From Raja brachyura (taxonomy: Eukaryota), in NCBI GenBank assembly GCA_963514005.1, contig OY740790.1, forward strand, positions 12,338,001 through 12,402,000: DNA of 64,000 nt, given 5' to 3'. The stretch's first letter is position 1. Each line of letters begins with the position of its first letter. Below are positions 46,438 to 59,757 of the stretch, in pieces. Made by a program: the position numbers and the translations under genes. The notes below the pieces were generated by a model. The model was not told the DNA's origin. It made no database searches and worked only from the letters and a program-made list of their open reading frames with translations.

Positions 46438-48377
46438 GGTAGACAGCCAGAACATTTTTCCCTGGATGGAAAGATCAAATTCTAGAGAGCATAGCTTTAA
46501 GTGAGAGGAGCAAAACGTAAAAGAAATGGGCACTTTTTTTACACATAAGGTGGTTAGTACCCAGACCGTGCTGCTAGGGGTGGTTGAGGCAGATACAATA
46601 GTGACATTTAAGATACTTATGGATGGGCATATGGAGCGATGTGGATTATGTACAGGTAGATATGATTTTGGCATCATGTTCGGCACAGACATTGTGGGCC
46701 GTAGAGACTATAACTGTGTTGTACTATTCTATGTTCTATCTTGTTCCGATTGACCCATGGAAAGCGCAGCCTCTCTATTGGGGATTGTGTTGTGAGAAGA
46801 CACAAGAGACTCTGATGCTGGAATCTTGAGCAAAATAACAAAATTACTTTGGACTTATTAATTCACTGAATGTATACACATAATAGTATCTTGAGAATAT
46901 ACAAGCACATTAAAGTCAACAATTATATTTTTTTAATAATTTAGTAATAATAATAATAATAATGCCTGAGGTCTGGCAGTATCTGCAGAGAAAAATGGAC
47001 AATAAGCGAGTTCGGTATTCCGAAAAACGCAAGGAATCATGGGATTTGTCAAAGGTCATTCGTGATAAAGAAAAATAGAAAGAACCACTGGCTTTATAAA
47101 CTGTTTATAAATTGTTAAGTATTCTACCAATTAATTAATCTAGAATTCTGTCAACTCAATAGCGGACCGGTGTCGTTCTTTTATGAACATTAATTCGATC
47201 TTATTTCTATCTCACTTCACAAACCTCTGGAATTCCACAGAACCTCTCCAGGCAGCGTTGGAGGACATTCTCTCTCTCTCTCTCTCTCAGAGGGGGTTAA
47301 CCGAGAGCCACTGGATAAGGCGAGAGGTGCAGCTGACAGTCCCCGGCCCGTCGGGGAACAGGTTCCTCAGGAGTTGGAGCAGAGTTGAGCTGGAGTTAGC
47401 GCTTCTTCTCCGCGCTGGTTGTAAGCCTGGGCCACCACTGCACCGGACCGGTATCCTGTCACCCTGGATATCTCCGACGGCCCCCGGACAGGGATGGGAC
47501 ACACAGGAGGAAACGGGGATGGTAGTGAGATCACCCGTTCGCACTTGTTCTTCATTATCTAACTCCAGTAGCAATTCAACAGCGCTTGCAGCGCCGGAGA
47601 CCCGGGTTTGATCCTGACTACGGATGAAACGCAGGTTTGTATACATGCAGCAGCTCAGCTGCCGAGAATGTTTATCTCGAGTGACCTGTGACATGGGCTG
47701 TTGAAACACCGAACTGACTTATTGATGTTTTGGGTTCCAGACTAATGAAGTTGTATCCTGGGGCACAATGCTTCCCTCTAGTGGATTTCTCAGATCAGTG
47801 CACGTTTGTGCAACAGATTTTTAAAAACATAGAACGTAGAAATGAACAGCACAGGAACCGTCCTTTTGGCCCACAACATCTGGGCCGAACATGACGCAAA
47901 GGTAAACTAATCTCATCTGTCTGCACATGATAAGCACATGGAAATGTAGGGAATAGAGGGATATGGAATATTTGCAGGCAGATGAGATCAGTTCAGCTAG
48001 GCATTGTGTTTGGCACAAATATTGTAGGCTGAGGCTATACTGCATTGTTCCTGTGCTGTACTGTTCTATGTTGTATGTAAGATGTCTCACTTGCTACCTG
48101 CAATTATAAATGGATGGAAATCCAAAGGAAAACAAAATCTTTGGCATGCATTTCCAAAAATCTTTTATATTAATTTGAATTCGTACAAACCCATAATGTT
48201 TCTGTACCTTTACGACACATAATCATCAAAAGATGTTTTGCAGCCAATCAGAATTATTGCAGATGAGCAATATCCATAGTCATACAGCATGGAAACAGGC
48301 CCTTCGGCCTAACTTGCCTACGCCAACCAACATACACTTGTTCCACCTGTCCATTTTTGGCCCATATCCCTTTAAGC

Positions 48378-48666
48378 CAGGGATGGGGAACCTTTTCATG
48401 TCGGAAGGTCGCATTAAGTTAGCTGTAATCTAATAAGGCCGCATCCAAGAAACTTCAATTAGATATAAGATTATTTTATTGAATCTTCTTGTACTCTTTG
48501 GTATTTTAAATACATTGATTTTAAGATAATAATAAAAATAATGAAAGACGAACAAAAATATATTAATAAAAATAAAAAGATTTGTTCAAAAGGCCGCATT
48601 GCCTTGCCACATGTGGCAAGGCCGAAAGCCACATGTGGCCTTAAGGCCGCAGGTTCCCCACCCCTG
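48378..48666. mobile_element. hAT-like MITE
   Basis: TIR CAGGGATGGGGAACC...GGTTCCCCACCCCTG; 8-bp TSD ctttaagc/ctctaagc. Confidence 0.85.
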
Positions 48667-48689
48667 CTCTAAGCTATCCTCTCAATGAT

Positions 48690-49563
48690 GCAGTCAACCT
48701 AGGCCGACACGCCATCGTCCAGGACCTGGACCGCCAGGGAACCTATGCAAGGATTTTGTTTGTTGATTTTAGCTCTGCATTCAACACCATTATACCAGAG
48801 CTACTACACACCAAACACTTCCAGTTGACTGTGACTGAACCCCTTGGTCAATGGATCACCAACTTCCTGACAGACAGGAAGCAGCATGTGAGGCTGGGAA
48901 AGCACATCTCGGACCCGCTGACCCTCAGCATAGAAGCACCACAAGTCTGCGTACTCTCCCCTCTCCTTTACTCTCTCTTAACCAATGACTGCACCTCCAT
49001 AGACACCTCTGTCAAGCATCTCAAGTTTGCAGACGACACAGCCCAGATTGGACTGATCCAGGATGGGGAGGAATCTGCCTTCAGACATGAAGTGACACAG
49101 CTGGCAACCTGGTGCCATCACAACAACCTGGAGCTCAATGCTCTTAAGACTGTGGAATTTATAGTAGACTTTAGGAGAGCTCCCCCTCCCCTCCCCCCAT
49201 TCACTATAAAACAACACCACAGTCACATCTGTGGAGTCATTTAAGTTCCTTGGGACCATCATCTCCAGGGACCTTAAATGGGGAGGCCACCATCGACTCC
49301 ACAGTTAAAAAAGCCCAACAGAGGATGTGCTTCTTGCGGCAGCAGAGAAACACAATCTGCTACAGGCAATGATGGTCCAGTTTTATACTGTCATCGTACA
49401 GTCTGTCCTCACCTTCTCCATCATGGTCTGGTTTGGTTCAGCCACCAAGCATGACATCCGGATGCTGCAGCGCATCGTTCGATCAGCCGAGAAGGTTGTT
49501 GGATCCACTCTTCCCCCCTTCGACGAACTGTACACTGCAAGGGCCAGGGAGTGAGCGGGTAAA
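48690..49563 (+). mobile_element. Rex1/Babar-like LINE RT fragment (continues at ~52603-52900)
   Basis: FVDFSSAFNTI, WI..FLT.R.Q.V, PQ.CVLSPLLY, KFADD motifs; split by a CR1 insertion. Confidence 0.82.
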
Positions 49564-52500
49564 CATAGACATAGAAATTAGGTGGAGGAGTAGGCCATTC
49601 GGCCCTTCAACCCTGCACCGCCTTTCAATATGATCATGGCTGATCATCCAACTCAGTATCCCGTACCTGCCTTCTCTCCATACCCTCTGATCCCCTTAGC
49701 CACAAGGGCCACATCTAACTCCCTCTTAAATATAGCCAATGAACTGGCCTCAACTACCCTCTGTGGCAAAGAGTTCCAGAGAGTCACCACTCTCTGTGTG
49801 AAAAAAGTCCTTCTCATCTTGGTCTTAAAGGAATTCCCCCTTATCCTTAAGCTGTGAACCCTTGTCCTGGACTTCCCCAACATCGGGAACAATCTTCCTG
49901 CATCTAGGCTGTCCAACCCCTTAAGAATTTTGTAAGTTTCTATAAGATCCCCTCTCAATCTCCTAAATTCTAGAGAGTATAAACTGAGTCTATCCAGTCT
50001 TTCTTCATAAGATAGTCCTGACATCCCAGGTGTCAGTCTGGTGAACCTTCTCTGCACTCCCTCCATGGCAATAATGTCCTTCCGCAGATATGGAGACCAA
50101 AACTGTACGCAATACTCCAGGTGTGGTCTCACCAAGACCCTATACAACTGAAGTAGAACCTCCCTGCTCCTATACTCAAATCCTTTTGCTATGAAAGCTA
50201 ACATACCATTCGCTTTCTTCACTGCCTGCTGTACCTGCATGCCTACTTTCAATGACTGGTGTACCATGACACCCAGGTCCCGCTGCATCTCCCCTTTTCC
50301 TGATCGGCCACCATTTAGATAATAGTCTGCATTCCTGTTTTTGCCACCAAAGTGGATAACCTAACATTTATCCACCTTATACTGCATTTGCCCACTCACC
50401 CAGCCTACCCAAGTCACCTTGCTGTCTCCTAGCATCCTCCTCACAGCTAACACTGCCCCCCAGCTTAGTGCCATCCGCAAACTTGGAGATATTACCTTCA
50501 ATTCCCTCATCCAGATCATTAATATATATTGTAAATAGCTGGGGTCCCAGCACTGAGCCTTGCGGTACCCCACTAGTCACTGCCTGCCATTGTGAAAAGG
50601 ACCCGTTTACTCCTACCCTTTGCTTCCTGTTTGCCAGCCAGTTCTCTATCCACATCAATACTGAACCCCCAATGCCGTCCTGCTTTAAGTTTGTATACTA
50701 ATCTCTTATGTGGGACCTTATCGAAAGCCTTCTGGAAGTCCAGATACACCACATCCACTGGTTCTCCCTTATCCACGCTACTAGTTACATCCTCAAAAAA
50801 TTCCACAAGATTCGTCAGACATGATTTACCGTTCGTAAATCCATGCTGACTTTGTCCAATGATTTCACCAATTTCCAAATGTGCTGCTATCCCATCTTTA
50901 ATAACTGACTAGAGCAGTTTCCCCACTACCGATGTTGGACTAACTGGTCTGTAATTCCCCATTTTCTCTATCCCTCCTTAAAAAGAGGGGTTACATTTGC
51001 TTCCCGCCAATCCTCAGGAACTACTCCAGAATCTAAAGAGTTTTGAAAGATTATCACTAATGCATCCACTATTTCCGGAGCTACTTCCTTAAGTACTCTG
51101 GGATGCAGCCTATCTCGCCCTGGGGATTTATCAGCCTTTAATCCATTCCATTTACCCAACACCACTTCCCGACTAACCTGGATTTCACTCAATTCTTCCT
51201 TTGACCCGCGGTTCCCTGCTATTTCCGGCAGATTATTTATGTCTTCCTTAGTGAAGACGGAACCAAAGTAGTTATTCAATTGGTCCGCCATATCCTTGTT
51301 CCCCATGATCAACTCACCTGTTTCTGACTGCAAGGGACCTACATTTGTTTTAACTAATCTCTTTCTCTTCACATATCTATAAAAAATTTGCAGTCAGTTT
51401 TTATGTTCCCTGCCAGTTTTCTTTCATAATCTATTTTTCCTTTCCTAATTAAGCCCTTTGTCCTCCTCTGCTGGTCTTTGAATTTTTCCCAGTCCTCTGG
51501 TTTGCTGCTTTTTCTGGCTACTTTGTATGCATCATCCTTTGCTTTGATACTATCCCTGATTTCCCTTGTTATCCACGGATGCACTACCTTCCTTGGTTTA
51601 TTCTTTTGCCAAACTGGGATGAACAATTTTTGTAGTTCATCCATGCAGTCTTTAAATGTCTTCCATTGCATATCCACCATCAACCCTTTTAGAATTAATT
51701 GCCAGTCAATCTTGGCCAATTCACGTCTCATACCCTCAAAGTTACCTGTCTTTAAGTTCAGAACCATTGTTTCTGAATTAACAATGTCACTCTCCATCCT
51801 AATGAAGACACCAACAATATCCCTGATCTCCCACATGTTGCAGGCTGAGCAAGGCACGGGGCCAATCTCTACTGACATATCTTACTCCCAAATTACTCTG
51901 TATTAATTATTAAAAAACACAAAAACTTATCCTTTAAACTTTACTAATAAATATTAATAAATACTGGATCCTTAACTCCCAGAATCCTTAACTCCCAGAC
52001 TCCTTAAACCTGAAGGCAGAAATGTAAAAATTGTAAACCTGGGGTTGCACCCAATCAGCTGCTTCCTCTGGTCCTCTTCCACCAATCAGAGGCTTCACCA
52101 GATTCCTTCTCTGGATGTGAGATGGAACGTTGCAGAATTCGATCTCACAGCTCCAGGTACTCCACCCTCTCTCACCAACGGCTCCCTGGGCCTCTGTGAA
52201 AGCAAGCCCCGTGATGTGTTTTATACTCACAGCTCCAGGTACTCCACCCTCTCTCACCAACGGCTCCCTGGGCCTCTGTGAAAGCAAGCTCCGCGATGTG
52301 TGTTATACTCACAGCTCCAGATACTCCACCCTCTCTCACCAACGGCTCCCTGGGCCTCTGTGAAAGCAAGCTCCGCGATGTGTGTTATACTCACAGCTCC
52401 AGATACTCCACCCTCTCTCACCAACGGCTCCCTGGGCCTCTGTGAAAGCAAGCTCCGCGATGTGTGTTATACTCACAGCTCCAGATACTCCACCCTCTCT

Positions 52501-52602
52501 CACCAACGGCTCCCTGGGCCTCTGTGAAAGCAAGCTCCGTGATGTGTTTTATACTCACAGCTCCAGATACTCCACCCTCTCTCACCAATGGCTCCCTGGG
52601 CC
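49564..52602 (-). mobile_element. CR1 LINE with retained 5' end and a large internal ORF1/EN deletion
   Basis: RT fragments 49653-51372. ORF 51369-51878 joins an ORF1-like start (CSACNMWE) to post-endonuclease ORF2 sequence. Confidence 0.85.
52144..52602. repeat. 82-bp tandem repeat, ~5.6 copies
   Basis: Unit ctcacagctccagatactccaccctctctcaccaacggctccctgggcctctgtgaaagcaagctccgcgatgtgtgttata. Confidence 0.95.
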
Positions 52603-54345
52603 TCATCTCTGACCCCTCTCACCCTGACCACAAACTCTTTGAAGCACTTCCATCTGGAAGGCAACTCCGGACTTTCAAAGCCGCCACAGCCAGACATAAA
52701 AACAGATTTTTTTGCACGAGCAGTTGCTCTACTCAATAACCAACAGTCTGCAGCGTCCTTTTGCTCTGGTATTTTATTTAATTCTACACTTTTAAATGTT
52801 TTATTTTTAATTGTCTACTGTATATCGTGCTGTTACTTGCGAGCAAAGCACCAAGTCAAATTCCTTGTATATTTTCATCCTTGGCTAATAAAATATATTC
52901 TATTCAATTGTTTTCAACCTGTCTAAATGTTTCTTAAAATGTTGTGACAGTCCCTGCCTCAACTACCTCCTCTGGTAGCTTGTTCCACATATCTACCACC
53001 CTTGGCTTGAAAAAAAGTTGCCCTTCAGGTTCCAATTAAATCTTTACCTAAACCACGCACCTAAAACCCAAGTCCTCTGGTTCTCAATTCTCCTACTCTG
53101 GGTAAAATATTTAGTGCATTTACCCTACCTATTCTTCTCATGATCTTATACACTTGTATTCTGTCAATTAGGGACTATTGAACAAAAATTGGAGAGGTGA
53201 AGGAGTTCAGGTCAGAATTCCACAACATAGAGGTTGGAGCTGAGGGTATAGACACCGATAATGGAGTGATTATATTGAGGAATAATCACAAGGCCAGGAC
53301 TGGAAGAGCACAGATATCAGGGAGGATTTTTTGGACCAAATAAAGTTAGAACTAAAAAGAGCAGCAAAAAAAAAAATCTATAATGAACTTGCTACACTGT
53401 TGAACAAAGCCAACAAAATTCTGCCTAAAGAGGGCCTCAGGTGTTTAGAGGACAATGTTTTTGGAATACCAAATTAGGTTTTAGTCAGAAATATATTGCA
53501 ATGGCAAAGCGTGAATGTATCTCGGTTTCAGAAGTACTTAAGCTAAAGCAAGGATAATCGTCAATATACAGGAGGTGAAATTAACTAATTGATTGGAGAT
53601 AAATTTGCACCTCATCTCATCTCACAATTGAATGTGACATCAGGAATGTAAATTACCATCACCAAAAAATATTATTTCTAGCCATTTAAGGCTGAGAAAT
53701 TGAGTTTTTCCATTGTAATCCAAGAAATAACGCAATAGTCTTCATCCAAGATTAAGTAATTTGATCCATGGATTAAAATAAAACAAATTGTTAATGGACT
53801 GCAGACACGACTGAAGTAAAAGAGCGATAGTTACAGTCAAACCACTGCAACAATCAAGAGAAATTCATTAACTTTCCTAAGCTGGGACCCAAAATCAATG
53901 GCACCCAAAATCAATGGCTCACTATGTTCTCAAGACCCATTTAATGCTGCACAGTGACAGAGTTTCTCAATTCTGTTCCTGACAAATAAGATGGAAAAAC
54001 CTTGGACTATGGAAATAAAACATATGGAAAACACAAATGTTATATGCAAACTATTTGGTATCAGGGCCACAGTATATGGATTGACTACTCCACAGGCGAA
54101 CTGTAATAGTTATTCGAACCCTATAAGTCAATGATTGGCTCAGACAAAAACTGTAAAGATAATTGATAAAATAACAATTGGTCCTTACAATTAAAACATT
54201 TGTCAGACAGTTATAGGAAGGCTTAGAGCAGTTGTAGTCAACATTTACAGCATTTGTAAATGGTCGTACACACAGATGCACTTGATCATACATGCATGCA
54301 TGTGCACACATCTTTATTTTTTTCTGATCCTCTGCCTTTCAGTAA

Positions 54346-54511
54346 TGGGCCTGTCCCACTTAGGCGACTGCCAGTTTTACTGGAATTCACCTACGTCACC
54401 TGCGCGTCAACCTACGACAGCACCTACAACAACCTACGACAACTGCATGTTGAAAATTTTGTGGCTGTCGCCTGTAGTGGCCCAAAAAATCGCTTAAGTG
54501 GGACAGGCACT
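54346..54511. mobile_element. PIF/Harbinger-like MITE
   Basis: TIR GGGCCTGTCCCACTTA/TAAGTGGGACAGGC; TAA TSD on both sides. Confidence 0.82.
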
Positions 54512-55401
54512 TAACACAACCCTTTCCCCTTAATTAGCCCTCAGCCACTGCTACTCTTTAATTCCCATTTTCCGCGACCTGCATCTGTATTTTCTTCCGA
54601 CTACCCCCACCTCTCAGTTACCTTTATTTCCCCGCCCCTGCCTCTCAAAACTTCCTTCTCTACCCTGTACATCTCATTGTCCGCAATTTCCCAAATCCCT
54701 GCCTCTCGGGTTATAGATATAAAGCGATAGGGTGATGGACTGTTGCGTAGAAGGAATGTGAAAAAATGAAAACTAGAAAGAAAAAGATATATTCCTGTAA
54801 TATGCAAGATTTATTTATTCACTGGATGTATACACATAATAGTATCTTGAGAATATACAAGCACATTAAAGTCAACAATAATATTTTAAAAATAATTACA
54901 AGGCAGGAGTGAGATAAATCAGATCCACAGAAGCAGTGATTATAGGAATAACCAAAGTATTTTAACAGTGTTGAACAGTCATCAATCATTGGTAAAGACA
55001 TTGATGTTACTTTAACAGTACAAAATTGACCACTCCAAAGGCTAACTGTAATTGTTGTTCCAACCCTATAAGACAATGATTGTCTCAGACAAAAACTGTA
55101 AAGATAATTGATAAAATAACAATAGGTCCTTACAATTAAAGCATTTGTAGGATAGTTACAGGAAGGCTTGGAGCAGTTGCAAAGTCTAAAGAGGAACCCG
55201 ACAAAGGCTCCAACAATATCACCTGCATATTAATCATAGAAGCAAAAGATTCACTCCTAGTAGATCTCCCTCTGCTGGACAGGCAGAGAAAACGCAACAC
55301 TGCTTCCAAAAACCAGACTCCAATCTGTGCCCAGGCTCCAGCTAGCTGAATAATGTCCGTAATGACAACTGATGCACTAGCAGTTGGTCAAAAGCCATCC
55401 T

Positions 55402-55893
55402 TCAGCTTTTTGTTTTGTGATTTGCATAGTTGGGAAACCCAAACTGTGAGATCATGATATTGGAATATTTCAAAGGCATGCTGCCATAGATAGCAGCCAG
55501 CTGATTCAAACACCATGACCTCTGCAGTAGGTGCTCTGCACGGTGCCACATCCCATTGAAACCACTGTTGGAATCTTTTTCCAGATTCCTCATGTCCACT
55601 GGCTTCACAAACACTCCTGATGACTTCCCAGTGTACTTTGCAACTATGAAGTTCATGGCAATATCATCACAGTTTTGTGTTTTATCTATTAAAGTGTGGA
55701 CAGCTGGGACCTGGACTTTAAATTTCTCAAGGTAAGCAACGTGGAAAAATGCAGCTCCAATGAGCACCATGGAGTAGTGGTCACCACTTCTACCTGCTGC
55801 ATTTTGGAGCTCAAAACTGCCATAGCTATAAATTCCTGAAGATGTTGTCACATGCTTTCGAGGAACAAACCCCACTATTTGATCTGGAAATTG
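55402..55893 (-). CDS. EXTL2: EXTL2 last coding exon (GT64 C-terminal part)
   Basis: QFPDQIVGFVPRKH...YSMVLIGAAFFH...QNCDDIAMNF...MWHRAEHLLQRSWCLN; ttttcag acceptor; TGA stop. Confidence 0.96.
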   Translation of the reverse strand, partial: QFPDQIVGFVPRKHVTTSSGIYSYGSFELQNAAGRSGDHYSMVLIGAAFFHVAYLEKFKVQVPAVHTLIDKTQNCDDIAMNFIVAKYTGKSSGVFVKPVDMRNLEKDSNSGFNGMWHRAEHLLQRSWCLNQLAAIYGSMPLKYSNIMISQFGFPNYANHKTKS

Positions 55894-56699
55894 CTGAAAA
55901 ACAAAATTAAGGCACATTAAAGAAAATCATTTCAGTAACAAGCTTGAAAACTAAATGTAAGCATGCCACCACAACTAATCGGGTTTCATTTTGAAGCAAT
56001 CAGGTTTTATATCTTGATGAGGTTTCCCTCAAGATCAACAATTCAGCACAATCTGATCTTTCTTTAAAGAACCTCCCCCCCCTTACAACAGTTGTGCTTT
56101 TCTGCATCCTGCCATGTAGAGACGAGTCCATGAAATAGTTATGGGGGACAAGGAGAAAGCAGAAGTGATAAAAATATATTTTGCAGCAGTATTTCAGTTA
56201 GACAATACTAAAGAATAAAAGGGAATCCTTAAATGTCATCTCTTGACAATGAGCAGTACGCAAACTAACTCAGGGTCCATTGGTTGCACTCCGAAGACGT
56301 ACAGGTTTTTAGGTTTTTAGGCTTGGTATAAAGTGTAAATTGTCCAGAGTGGGTGTAGGATAGTGTTAATATGCAGGGATCGCTAGTCGGTGTGAATTTG
56401 GTGGCCGAAGGGCCTGTTTCCGCGCTGTATCTATAGACTAAAAATTTAGGATCCCTAAAGATGTGGCCACAGTGTCATAGAGTCTTACAGCGTGGAAACA
56501 GGCCCTTCGGCCCAATTTCCCCACGCCGCCCAACATGTCCCATCTACACTAGTCCCACCTGCCTGTGTTTGACCTTTATCCTTCTGAACATATCCTATCC
56601 ATGCAGTTGTCCAAATGTTTTCTAAACGTTTGTACCTGCCTAAACTACCTCCTCGGGTAGCTAGTTCCATATACCTACCATACTTTGTGTAGGTATATG

Positions 56700-59520
56700 G
56701 AATATTCAGTGCAATAGATTAGACAGGGCAGGATTTGTTGAATGTATTCAAGGAGGATTCCTTCAACATTCTGTGGATAGTACAACTTGAGGAGGGACTA
56801 TATTGGACATTGTATTGGGGAAACGAGCCTGGACAGGTGACTGGTGTTACGGCGGAAGAATATATTGGAGATAGAGAGCGTAGTTGGGGCAAAGCAGATT
56901 ATAATGTCATTAGGAAGGAGCTAGGGAGATTGGGAGCAGCTGTTATTGGGGAAACGCCACACATGGCACGTGGGAGTCATATAATGGTCAGATGAACAAA
57001 GTACAGGATCGGCATGTTCCACTAAGGAGGAGGGATAAGGATGACCAAGAAGGTTATTAACTTGGCCACGAAGAAAAGGGAAGCTTATGTCAGGTTCAAG
57101 AAGGTGGCATTAGACCGACCTGATGAGGAATATTAAGCAAGTAGGAAAGAACTCAAGTGTGGGATTAGAAGTGCCCTAGGGGCCATGAAATGTCATTGGC
57201 AAGTCGGATCAAGGAAAATCCTAATACTTTTTATATGCTTGTTAAAATCATGATGGGAAACAGGGAGAAGGTAGGACCGCTAAAGGATAAAGGAGGCGGG
57301 TATCTATGCTTGGAGTCTGAGAATGTAGGCAAGGTGCTGAATGAGTACTTTGCATCTATATTCACTGGGGAGAAGGTCTTGGAGGGCAGTAAAATCAATG
57401 TGGAGAACACAAATATGCTAGGACAGTTTGAGATTGTGATGGTGGTGGTGCTGAGGCTCTTGAAGAAAAGTCCCCAGGGTGTGATGGGATCTATCCCATG
57501 TTATCGAGGAAGACCGGAGAGGAGATTGCAGGGTCCTTGAGGATCTTTGTTTCTTCTTTATCCATGGTGAGGTCCTGGCAGACTGGAGAGTGGCCAATGT
57601 CATTCCTTTGCTTAAGAAGGGAAGTAGAGAGAATCCAAGGAACTATAGGCAGGTAAACCTCACGTCAGTGGTCGGGAAACTATTGGAGAGAATTCTTTGA
57701 GATAGGATTCACTCCCATTTGGAACAGAATGGGTCAAGTAGGGGTAGCCAGCACAGCTTTGTACATGGCAGGTTGTATCTTACTAACTTGATTAAGGGTT
57801 ATTGAGGCGGCAACAAAGGCGGTTGATGAAGGTAGGTGGGTGGATGTTGTACACATGGATTTTAGTAAGGCTTTTGATAAGGTTCCTCATGTTAGGCTGC
57901 TCCAGAAGGTTAAGATGCATGGGATTTACGGTGACTTGGTTGTATGTATTTAGAACTGGCTTATTCATAGAAGGTAGAGGGTTGTGGTAGAAGGAAGATA
58001 TTATGGCTGGAGGTCTGTGAACAGTGGAGTTCCACAGGATTTATGCTGGGACCGCTGTTGTTTGTGATGTGTATAAACACTTGGACATAAATGTAGAAGG
58101 GTTTGTTAGTATGTTTTTGGAGAAGTTGCTGACAGCGAGGAAGGCTCTCGTAAGATACAATAGAATATAGATCAGCTGCAGAAATGGGCAGATGGCAAAT
58201 GGAGTTTAATTCGAGCAAGTGTGAGGTGTTGCCCTTTGGGAGGTTGAATGTAAAGGGGGAGTATACAGTTAATGGCAAGACTCTGAACAGCATTAACAGC
58301 ATCTAAGTTCATAGCACGCTGAAGGTGGCAGCACATGTAGATAGGTGGTAAAGAAGGTGTGTGGTATGCTTGCCTTCTAGCATTGAGTACAAGAGTCAGC
58401 AAGTCATGGTGCAGCTCTATAAGGCTTTGGATTGGCCACATTTGGCCGGAGTCTGATCGCCCAATTACGGGAGGGATGTGGCAGCTTTGGAGAGGATGCA
58501 GAGGAGGTTAGTTTAGCGTATTGTCACCTGTACAGAGGTACAGTGAAAACCTTTTATTGCATGCTAACCAGTCAGTGGAAAGACAATACATGATTACAAT
58601 CGAGCCATCAACACTGTGTACAGATACATGATAAAGGGAATAACATTTCATGCAAGGTAAAGTCCGATTAAAGATCTCCAATGAGGTAGATAGTAGTTCA
58701 GCACTGCTCTCTAATGTTGGTAGGATGGTTCAATTGCCTGATAACAGCTGGGAAGAAACTGTCCCTGAATCTGGAAGTGTGCGTTGCCACACTTCCATAC
58801 CTCTTGCCTGATGGGCTAGAGGAGAGGCTGGATGAGACTGTCTTAACTATGCAGGTGGCCTTACCGAGGCAGCGTGGAGTGTAAATACTATGATGGATCC
58901 AAATGTAATACTTTCTATGGCGCATCTGCAGAAGTTGGTGAGGATTTTTGTGGACGTGCCGAACATCCTAAGCCTAAGGTTTATCAGAATGCTATCTGGG
59001 TTAGAGGGTTTCAGCTACAAGGGGAGGTTGGATAAACTTGGATTGTTTTCTCTGGGACGTCAGAGGTTAAGGGGAGACTTGATAGAAGTATATAAAATGA
59101 AGAGAGGCTTAGATAGGGTCAGCAGTCAGATCCCTTTTTTCCCCCAGGGTGGAAATGCACAGGAAAGCACAGCTATATGGTGAGAGGGGGCAAGTTTAAT
59201 GGAGTTGTGTGGGGCAATTTTTTTTACAGAGTGGTAGGGGCCTGGAATGCTTTGTTAGGAGTTGTGGTGGAGGCAGATACAATGGTGCCATTGTAAGAAG
59301 ATTTTATATAGATGCAAGGAAGGGTAGGAATAGAGGGAAAAGGATCTTGTACAGCCAGGTGAGATCGGGTTAACCGGGCTTCATAGAAAATAGGTGCAGG
59401 AGGAGGCCATTCGGCCCTTCGAGCCAGCACCGCCATTCATTGTGATCTTCATGTTCAACGCAAACATTGGGGGCAGATGGGACCTTGCCTGTGCTGTACT
59501 GTTCTATGTTGTATGTTTTC
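56700..59520 (+). mobile_element. Degenerate CR1 fragments in an EXTL2 intron
   Basis: LNEYFASIFT, DWRVANV, DFSKAFD and LRGDLIEVYK remnants with many frameshifts. Confidence 0.8.
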
Positions 59521-59686
59521 ACAAAGTAGTCTTTAATTAGCCTCAACCTACTATTCCGAACACTATTTCGACTATTGCTGGATAAACTATTGCAATTCCA
59601 CCAGTAGGATTTTTATTTTTATGCAATAATGTTCTCTGCTTCTTCAGCAAGATATCTCGCAATCAGAAAAATATTTAGAAACATAC

Positions 59687-59757
59687 CTGCCACACGGAAT
59701 AGGCAAAATCAAGGTCGTAGGCACTAATTAAAATATCATCATCAACCATCAAGACGG
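59687..59757 (-). CDS. EXTL2: EXTL2 71-nt exon carrying the DxD motif
   Basis: (A)VLMVDDDILISAYDLDFAYSVWQ; cag acceptor and GT donor; phases 1/0 fit the neighbouring exons. Confidence 0.94.

Noticed and set aside
52144-52602. CRISPR-like array
   Set aside because: Contiguous near-identical 82-bp units with no unique spacers, no cas genes and a eukaryotic context.
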